Assembly (NCBI GenBank): GCA_040756875.1 | Contig: JBFLYH010000001.1 | Span: 1,180,878-1,244,877 of the forward strand | Direction of reading: 5' to 3' | DNA from: a candidate division FCPU426 bacterium | Lineage (GTDB): Bacteria; Oederibacteriota; JAAXVQ01; JAUVAV01 | DNA length: 64,000 nt | In this document: one piece after another, positions 57,403 to 64,000 of the stretch | Layout: every line of letters starts with the position of its first letter | How positions within the stretch are numbered: the first letter of the stretch is position 1 | Translations under genes and position numbers: made by a program | The notes under the pieces: generated by a model | Seen by the model: the letters and a program-made list of their open reading frames with translations, nothing else | Database searches by the model: none | Told to the model about the DNA's origin: nothing

Positions 57403-59093
57403 TTCGTTCCTCCTGCCGGCGGTTTCCGCACCACGTCCACGATCTGTCCCCCGAACATCTCCAGGGTCTTTTGCACCAGCGGTTCCCGCCGGGCGATTTC
57501 CTCGAAATCCTGCTTGGTGGCCGGCGCTTCGGTTTCAGCCTTGGCCGCGGCCTGCGACTTGACGCGCAGGCGCGTGGGCCGGCCGAGCTCGGCTGCCAGC
57601 GCCGCCTCCACCACGCGGCGGGCCTCCTCCTGCTCGAGCCCGGTGGCGTGGTAGGCGGACGCGCAATCCAGCTCCACCCAGCCTTCCTCGGCGTTGGCCA
57701 CCGTCACGTCGCGCAGCAGCGCCTGCACGCGGCGGTTTTGGTTGCCGACCGCCAGCAGCACCGCGGGCCAGGCCTGGCGGACCCGGTCCGGATAGGTCGC
57801 GGGCGGCACGTCCTCAAGCGCGTCAGCCACCAGGGCCGGTTCTCCGGCAGGGGCCTCGGCTTCAGGCTCCGCCGCCGCTGCCGCGGGTTCGGCCTGGGGG
57901 GCCGGCGAAAAGCGGTTGGCCGCGGCGGCCGGCGGTTCGGCGCTGGCCAGGCGCGTTTCCATGGCCTGCAGCTGCGTCCAGACGGTTTCCAGGGAGACTA
58001 CGCGGTCAGCCGCGCACAGCTGCAGCAGGAGCAGTTCGAGCAGCAGGCGGGGATGCTGGGTGTAGCGCAGCTGGTCGTCCGTGGCCGCCGCCACTTTCGC
58101 CACCTGCAGCAGTTCCTCCAGGGGGAACAGCTTGGCCTGCCGGACCAGCTCCTCGGCGCGGTAGCCGGCCAGGCTGGGCAGGTCCTGCGGCGAGGCCGCG
58201 GCGCGCGCCAGCACCAGCCGGCGCCAGTACTCCACCCAGTCCTTCATGAACAGGCGCAGGTCCGCCCCGCCCGAAACCAGTTGTTCGACGATTTCCAGGG
58301 CGCGGTTCGCGTCCCGCTGGGACACGGCGTCCACCAGTCCGGAAAAAACCTCGGCCGCCACCAGCCCCAGCACGGTCACCACGTCCTGGGCCGTGACCTT
58401 CTGCCCGCTGTAGCTCACCACCTGGTCGAACAGGCTCTGCGCGTCGCGCAGGCTGCCGTCCGCGCCCCGGGCCACCACTTCCAGGGCCTCGGGCTCCACG
58501 CTGATGGACTCGGCGGCGGCCATGGTGGACAGCCGGCCGACGATCTCCTTGGTCGGAATGCGGCGGAAGTCGAAACGCTGGCAGCGGCTCACGATCGTGG
58601 CCGGCACCTTGTGGGCCTCGGTCGTGGCCAGGATGAAGAGGGTGTGGGCCGGCGGTTCTTCCAGGGTTTTAAGCAGCGCGTTGAAGGCCGCGTTGCTCAT
58701 CATGTGGACTTCGTCGATGATGATGACCTTGTAGCGGCAGGAGACCGGCGCGTAGCGGACCTTCTCGCGCAGGTCGCGGGCGTCGTCCACCAGGCCGTTG
58801 GAGGCCGCGTCGATTTCGATCACGTCCGTGGAACCGCCGCCGCCGATCTCCTCGCAGCGCACGCAGTGGTTGCACGGCTCCCCGCCCTCCTGGGGCGAAA
58901 GGCAGTTCACGGCCTTGGCCAGGAGCCGGGCCGTGGTGGTTTTTCCGACCCCCCGGGGGCCGGTGAAGAGATAGGCGTGGGAAATGCGGTTCGCGCCGAT
59001 GGCGTTCTTCAGGGTCTGGACCACGTGCGCCTGGCCCACCACGGACTCGAAGGTTTGCGGCCGCCACTTGCGGGCCATGACGATATAGGACAT
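57399..59093 (-). CDS. dnaX: DNA polymerase III subunit gamma/tau
   Basis: ARKWRPQTF, GPRGVGKTT, EIDAASN, IIDEVHM, SRCQRF. Start at MSYIV with an AAGGAG RBS. Confidence 0.96.
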   Translation of the reverse strand: MSYIVMARKWRPQTFESVVGQAHVVQTLKNAIGANRISHAYLFTGPRGVGKTTTARLLAKAVNCLSPQEGGEPCNHCVRCEEIGGGGSTDVIEIDAASNGLVDDARDLREKVRYAPVSCRYKVIIIDEVHMMSNAAFNALLKTLEEPPAHTLFILATTEAHKVPATIVSRCQRFDFRRIPTKEIVGRLSTMAAAESISVEPEALEVVARGADGSLRDAQSLFDQVVSYSGQKVTAQDVVTVLGLVAAEVFSGLVDAVSQRDANRALEIVEQLVSGGADLRLFMKDWVEYWRRLVLARAAASPQDLPSLAGYRAEELVRQAKLFPLEELLQVAKVAAATDDQLRYTQHPRLLLELLLLQLCAADRVVSLETVWTQLQAMETRLASAEPPAAAANRFSPAPQAEPAAAAAEPEAEAPAGEPALVADALEDVPPATYPDRVRQAWPAVLLAVGNQNRRVQALLRDVTVANAEEGWVELDCASAYHATGLEQEEARRVVEAALAAELGRPTRLRVKSQAAAKAETEAPATKQDFEEIARREPLVQKTLEMFGGQIVDVVRKPPAGGTK

Positions 59094-59154
59094 GCGTGCT
59101 CCTTGAACGTTGGCGTTGCGACGAGGAAAGCGAGGATGTATGAAACAGGCGGTT

Positions 59155-59183
59155 ATTCTACACTTCACTTCGCGGGGCGTCAA
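59155..59183 (-). promoter_or_regulatory. Sigma70-type promoter for dnaX-ybaB-recR
   Basis: Minus strand TTGACG-17 bp-TAGAAT. Confidence 0.75.
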
Positions 59184-59257
59184 GAGATGCTCCCGCAGCG
59201 GAATTCTTCAAATGAAAAAAATCTCCCCTCCCTCGAGGAGAGGGGGCAAGAATGCCG

Positions 59258-60400
59258 CTATGACACGCCTCCGTCCAGAGCCTCCACGTAGTTGGCCAGG
59301 GTCTTTTGGGCCGTGGCTTCCCAGGTGAAGTGCTTGGCCTGAAGGTATCCGGCCAGGGCCATGCGGTGCGCCTCGTTGGGGTCGGTGAGGATCTGCAGGG
59401 TTTCGGTGCAGATGCTGCGCGGGTCCTCCGGGTTGGCGTAACGCACCGCGTTCGCGGCCAGCTCCGGGATGGACCCCACCTTGGACGTCAGCACCGGCAC
59501 GCCCAGGTGGAACGCCTGCAAGAGCGGCAGGCCGAAGCCTTCGGCGCGGGTGGGATACGCGAACACCGACGCGCCCTGAAACAGCGCGGTCAGCATGCGT
59601 TCCGGAATATAACCCAGGATCCGGAGGCGGTCCTGCAGGCCCAGCTGGCTGGCCAGCGTGGGCACGTGGGAGCGTTCGGCCTTTTCGAAGCCCGCCAGCA
59701 CCAGCATCTGCAGGGCCGAACGCGGCATGCGGGCGAAGGCGCGCACCAGGTTGGCGCTGTTCTTGCGCAGGTCGATGGCGCCGAAGCCCAGCATGTACGG
59801 CTGCTTGATCTTCAGTTCGCCGAGAATTTCGTGGACCTCCCCTTCGGTCAGGGCCGGGTGCAGGTGCGGCTGGGCCAGGGGCACCACGCGGATGTTCTCC
59901 ACGGGCAGGTGCAGTTTGGTGATCAGCTCGGACTGGGAGTGCTCCGAGTCCGTCAGAATGCGCCGGGCCCGCCGGGCGCCGGCCCGCACGGTCAGGCGGT
60001 AGTACCAGTGGGCCCACACTTGGCGTGGATACACCCGGCCCGTGATTTCCCGCAACGGCCTCAGAAAAATGGCGTCGTGGATGGTCACGATGTGCGGCAC
60101 CGCGGAGCGCAGCGCCGAGGCGTTCGCCGTGAAATGCAGCAGCCCGGCCCCGGCGCGCCGCGCCAGGGTGGGCAACACGCTCTGCTCCCACAGCGCCGGA
60201 TTGCCGGCCGTGCCCCACAGGCGCTCCACCGCGTGCAAGCCGGGCCAGGGATCGTCGCCCGCGCGCCGGTCCAGGGCCACTTTGATGCCCACGGGACGCG
60301 ACTGGCCGGCCAGGGCGGCCACCAGGCGGAGCGCGTAGACGCCCATGCCGCGGGGCCGGCCCTGGGCCGGGCGTCCGTCGACCAGCACGAAGGACTTCAT
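59258..60400 (-). CDS. GT4-type glycosyltransferase (WbaZ/mannosyltransferase-like)
   Basis: GMGVY, VTIHD, RKN, EGFGLPLLQA, FTW. Start at MKSF overlaps the upstream stop. Confidence 0.9.
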   Translation of the reverse strand: MKSFVLVDGRPAQGRPRGMGVYALRLVAALAGQSRPVGIKVALDRRAGDDPWPGLHAVERLWGTAGNPALWEQSVLPTLARRAGAGLLHFTANASALRSAVPHIVTIHDAIFLRPLREITGRVYPRQVWAHWYYRLTVRAGARRARRILTDSEHSQSELITKLHLPVENIRVVPLAQPHLHPALTEGEVHEILGELKIKQPYMLGFGAIDLRKNSANLVRAFARMPRSALQMLVLAGFEKAERSHVPTLASQLGLQDRLRILGYIPERMLTALFQGASVFAYPTRAEGFGLPLLQAFHLGVPVLTSKVGSIPELAANAVRYANPEDPRSICTETLQILTDPNEAHRMALAGYLQAKHFTWEATAQKTLANYVEALDGGVS

Positions 60401-61875
60401 TTGGTCCCTCCCGCGGCCCAGCGGCGGGTGGCGGCCCGGACCCATTTCCACGGGAAGAAGAGCGCTTTCACCACCAGCAGGAGTTCGTGCGCGATTTCGA
60501 AAAGGTTGCGCCGCAGCAGCCGTCCCGGCCACCAGAAGCCGAGGTGGTAGCGCAGGTAGCGGCTGCGGGAGAACCGTTCGGCCTCGGCGAACGCCCGGCG
60601 GCGCTCCTCGGCCGGAAACGCCGGCGTCTCGAAAACCGGCTCGGGGCTCAGGTGGTCGAAGGCCCGGTAATCCGGATTCAAAAATTTACCCTCCCGGCTG
60701 GCGTGGTCCCACAGGCGGGTGCCGGGATACGGCAGCGCCTGGTAGAACGCCGGCAGCTCGATGTCCGATTCGCGGGCGAAGGCGATGGAAGCGCGCACGG
60801 TTTGCAGCGTGTCCCCCGGGTTCCCGATCATGAACATGCCGAGGACCTGGATGCCCGCGTCCCGGCACATCCGCACCGCCCGCGCCATGTCTTCGGGCGT
60901 TTCTTTTTTGCCGATCGCGGACAGCACCCCGGGGCTCACGGATTCGATGCCCAGGGACACGCGGTGGCAGCCCGCGCGCCGCATTTTGCGGAGCAGTTCG
61001 GGCGTCACGGTGTCGGCCCGCAGGCCCTGGACCACCCAGTTGAGGCGCAGTCGCCGCCGCAACAGCTCGTCGCACAGCCCGGAAATGTGGCGGTCGTCGA
61101 AGGCCAGGTTGTCGTCGTTGAAATGGACGAGCTTGCGCCCCCACTGGCGGACGAGCCAGGCCAGTTCCTCGACCACGTGGTCAGGCCCGCGCCGTATCCA
61201 TTGCCTGCCCCAGATGGTGCGGATGGAGCAAAATGCGCAATCCATGGGGCAGCCGCGGCTGGTCAGCAGGGCGTGCTGACGGTACCGCCGCATGGGAAAC
61301 AAGTGCCAGGCCGGAAACGGCAGGCCGTCGAGTTCCTGGATCCGCGGCGCCGCGGGATTGGCCCGCACCCGGCTGCCGTCGCGGAACACCAGGCCCGGAA
61401 CCTGGGCCAGCACCTCGGGCTTCGCCTCGCCGCTGCGCTTGAGCACTTCCACGAAATCCGCGACCGCGGCCTCGCCCTCGCCCCGGAAAGCGAAATCCAC
61501 GGCCGGGTCCGCCAGGCTGCCTTCGGGATCCACGGCCACGTGCGGGCCGCCGAGCACCACCGGCGCGCCGGGAAAGCGCTGCTTGACCAGGCGCGCGGCT
61601 GACAGGGCTTCGCGGAAGGTGAAGCTGGTCGCGGTCACGCCCACCATCTGATAGGGATGGGAAAAAAACCGCCTGACTTCGTGCTGGGTGGCCACGCCCG
61701 CGTCCAGGACCGACACCTGGTTGCCGTGGTGTTCCAGGCTCGCGGCGATATAAGCCAGGCCCAGGGACGGCAGCAGGCGCCGGCCCGGACGTTTGCGCGT
61801 CTGGGCGGCGGTCAAGCCCTCCGGATTGATCAGGGCCACCTGCCAGGCCGCAGAACCAAATGGTTCCGAACTCAC
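60397..61875 (-). CDS. B12-binding radical SAM protein
   Basis: LGLAYIAA, GGPH, TSRGCPMDCAFC, DDN, GIES, PYPGT. GTG start overlaps the upstream stop. Confidence 0.9.
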   Translation of the reverse strand: MSSEPFGSAAWQVALINPEGLTAAQTRKRPGRRLLPSLGLAYIAASLEHHGNQVSVLDAGVATQHEVRRFFSHPYQMVGVTATSFTFREALSAARLVKQRFPGAPVVLGGPHVAVDPEGSLADPAVDFAFRGEGEAAVADFVEVLKRSGEAKPEVLAQVPGLVFRDGSRVRANPAAPRIQELDGLPFPAWHLFPMRRYRQHALLTSRGCPMDCAFCSIRTIWGRQWIRRGPDHVVEELAWLVRQWGRKLVHFNDDNLAFDDRHISGLCDELLRRRLRLNWVVQGLRADTVTPELLRKMRRAGCHRVSLGIESVSPGVLSAIGKKETPEDMARAVRMCRDAGIQVLGMFMIGNPGDTLQTVRASIAFARESDIELPAFYQALPYPGTRLWDHASREGKFLNPDYRAFDHLSPEPVFETPAFPAEERRRAFAEAERFSRSRYLRYHLGFWWPGRLLRRNLFEIAHELLLVVKALFFPWKWVRAATRRWAAGGTK

Positions 61876-63038
61876 AAATTCCCCTCCCGCACGGAATGAA
61901 ACAACTCGAGGTAGCGCCGCCCGATGGCCTTCCAATCAAACTGGGCGGACGCCTCAAGGGCCCCGCGGCCCAGCCCGGCCCGCAGGCCCGGATCGTCCAT
62001 CAGCCGCTCCACAGCCTGCGCCAGCGACGCCGTGTCAAGATTAACCATTAGCATATTGCGTTCATTTTGAAAAGGGCCTTGCGCGCTCTCCAGGGCAGCC
62101 GGCGCGGTGGTGACGACCGGCAAGCCCTGGGCCATACAGGCCAGCAGGCTGCCGCGCTTTTGCGAAACCCCGTCCTGGAACGGCAGGACTGCGCAATCGG
62201 CACAGGCCAGGCGCTCCGCCGTTTGCACGGCCGGCGCATAACCCGGCCTCAGCGTGATCGCGGCCAGGCCGCTGGTCGCCAGCATCCTGGCCAGGCGGCG
62301 CTGGTAGGGATCCCGTTCCGAGAGTTCGGACAGCAGCAGGAGCTTAAGCTCCGGGCGTTTGGACCGCAAGGGAGCCAAAGCAGCCAGCAGGCAGTCCAGA
62401 CCCTTGGGCGGATTGGCGAAGCCGAAAAACGCCACGGCAAAATCTCCGGGCATCAGCCCCAGCACCCGGCGCCCGGCTTCGCGGTCAAAGCCGGCGCCCG
62501 CAGCCGGCAGGTTCGAACCGATGGGAATGTGGCACAGCCGGCCGCGGCCAGCCGGGTGCAACTTGGCCGCCACCGGCCGGTCGGCCGGGTCCACCAGCAC
62601 GACCCGCCGGGAATGGTGCAAAGCCGGCAGCGCCCGCCAGCGCGTCCAGGCCTTGAAATACCTCAACTCATGCAGGGTCGTGACCAGTGGCAGGCCGGGG
62701 AACCAGCGCCGGAGGCGCGAAGGCAAAACGTTTACGGCCAGGAAACGGCCGTACGCCGCAGTGGGCCACTGGAACAGGGCCAAGTCCGGCCCGAAGGCGG
62801 CCGCGGCCCGGCGCACGGTGTCCAGCATGCCCCAGGACCAGCGCCGGATGACCGGCTTCACTTCCACGCCGTCCGCATCCGCGGGATCGGCCGCGCTGCT
62901 GGTCACCACCTGCACGCGGCAGCCGGCCCGCGCCAGTTCCCGGCACAGGCGGGCCGTGTAATCCCCCACCCCGCAGCGCATGGGCGGCCAGGTGCCCGTG
63001 ATGACCAGCACCTTCAGGGAGGGCGGGTTACCTGGCAT
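61872..63038 (-). CDS. GT4 glycosyltransferase
   Basis: PPMRCGVGDYT, TTLHE, FFGF...KG, LPF, GLPVVTT. Start at MPGN. Confidence 0.88.
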   Translation of the reverse strand: MPGNPPSLKVLVITGTWPPMRCGVGDYTARLCRELARAGCRVQVVTSSAADPADADGVEVKPVIRRWSWGMLDTVRRAAAAFGPDLALFQWPTAAYGRFLAVNVLPSRLRRWFPGLPLVTTLHELRYFKAWTRWRALPALHHSRRVVLVDPADRPVAAKLHPAGRGRLCHIPIGSNLPAAGAGFDREAGRRVLGLMPGDFAVAFFGFANPPKGLDCLLAALAPLRSKRPELKLLLLSELSERDPYQRRLARMLATSGLAAITLRPGYAPAVQTAERLACADCAVLPFQDGVSQKRGSLLACMAQGLPVVTTAPAALESAQGPFQNERNMLMVNLDTASLAQAVERLMDDPGLRAGLGRGALEASAQFDWKAIGRRYLELFHSVREGNL

Positions 63039-63999
63039 GGGAACTCCGGCCGGCTTCGCTGCGGCTTTCCAGGACCTCGGCATAGATTGCGCGCACTTGG
63101 GAGGCGATCCGGTCCCAGGCATGCGCCGTGGCCCAGGCTTGCGCGGCCCGGCTCAGCTCTTGGCGCTGCTGGTCGCCGGCCAGCAGTCGTTGCAGATTGA
63201 CTGCCAGGTCGTCCGCATCCCCGGCCTTGAACATCGCCACGCTGGCGTGCTCGGCCGCGGTCTCGCGAAAATACTCCAAGTCCGAAGCCAGCACCGGCCG
63301 GCCTTGCGCCAGCACCACGGACAAGGCGTACGAGGAGGTTCCGCCGAGGTAAGGCAGCAGCACCAGGTCGCTGGCCGCAAGCAGGTCTGCCAGGTCCTGA
63401 GGCTCCAGGTACCCGGTCAGGCGGACAGAGCCGCCCGCGGTCTGGGCGGCGCGGGCCACGGATTGCGCATAGGGCTGGTCGGCCTCGGAGAACGGCCGGC
63501 CCGCGATCATGAGCGTGGCCCGGGGGTTGAGCCGGCGCCAGGCTTCCAGGGCCAGCAAATGGCCCTTGGAGGGAATGAGAAACCCGAAAATGGTCACGAT
63601 CGGCCCGGAGATAGACCAACGCTTGCGGGCTGCTTCCGCGTTGCCGGCCAGAGACCGGCTCGGCGCGCCCTGCGGCACCAGGCGCACCTGCGTAGCGTCC
63701 AACCCGAGGTCCAGCAGCGCCTGCGCGTGGCCGCGGGTATGGACCAGCACGCGGCGGGCCGTACGGAACTGGCCGCCCTGCACAAAGCGGCTCCAGCCCG
63801 CAGCTTGATACGCCGCCTCCCGGGTCCCGCGCAGCAAGCGCTTCCACCACGGCCCGCCAGAAAAGGGCCGCAGCCGGGTGTGCGCCGTCACCACATAGGG
63901 CACGCGCAGGGACCTGGCCAGGAGCGGCCAGTAATTGTTCCAGGGATCGCGGCCGCCGAAATACACATATTCATGCTGCACGTGCGCCACGTCGCAATC
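63028..63999 (-). CDS. GT4 glycosyltransferase (5' truncated by window edge)
   Basis: HVQHEY, VTAH, FGFLIPSKG, LLPY, GRPVLASD. Confidence 0.85.
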   Translation of the reverse strand, partial: DCDVAHVQHEYVYFGGRDPWNNYWPLLARSLRVPYVVTAHTRLRPFSGGPWWKRLLRGTREAAYQAAGWSRFVQGGQFRTARRVLVHTRGHAQALLDLGLDATQVRLVPQGAPSRSLAGNAEAARKRWSISGPIVTIFGFLIPSKGHLLALEAWRRLNPRATLMIAGRPFSEADQPYAQSVARAAQTAGGSVRLTGYLEPQDLADLLAASDLVLLPYLGGTSSYALSVVLAQGRPVLASDLEYFRETAAEHASVAMFKAGDADDLAVNLQRLLAGDQQRQELSRAAQAWATAHAWDRIASQVRAIYAEVLESRSEAGRSSHAR

Positions 64000-64000
64000 C

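Noticed and set aside
57399-59093. Programmed -1 frameshift in dnaX
   Set aside because: No A-AAA-AAG or long A-run slippery site was seen on the coding strand.
59100-59260. SRP RNA (ffs), often found upstream of dnaX
   Set aside because: No SRP domain IV motif (CAGG..GGAA..AGCAG) is visible; the region is explained by a promoter and a short hairpin.

Overview
GC-rich bacterial chromosomal window with about 50 protein-coding genes. I found no rRNA, tRNA, CRISPR array, transposase or integrase. The cell looks diderm (TolC, porin, PorV-like barrel) and anaerobic or aerotolerant (PFOR, superoxide reductase, radical SAM enzymes). Housekeeping and metabolic genes: trmJ-like, glgP, ychF-like, trpD, mgtE, moeB/thiF, a pseudouridine synthase, miaA, ybgA-phrB, lhgO-like, tolC-macA-macB, nifJ, dnaX-ybaB-recR, and a glycosyltransferase/B12-radical SAM cluster. 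A complete Pho regulon (phoBR, porin, pstSCAB, phoU) is present, with three visible 11-bp-periodic Pho-box-like arrays. Second-messenger signalling genes are dense: two PAS-GGDEF-EAL, two PilZ, HDOD, a CheD lacking its catalytic Cys, and a class III cyclase. The most notable locus is 39.0-50.4 kb. It holds a translationally coupled four-gene operon: a 1646-aa repeat surface protein with a T9SS-like C-terminal sorting domain, a PorV-like barrel with a TPR tail, a TPR/coiled-coil/TM/HEAT protein, and a stand-alone receiver. A second sorting-domain cargo and a paralogous receiver lie next to it. This is a candidate T9SS-like export plus trans-envelope signalling module in a genome that does not look like Bacteroidota; a candidate lineage such as FCPU426 is only a guess. 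All calls come from reading motifs by eye, and no database searches were run.
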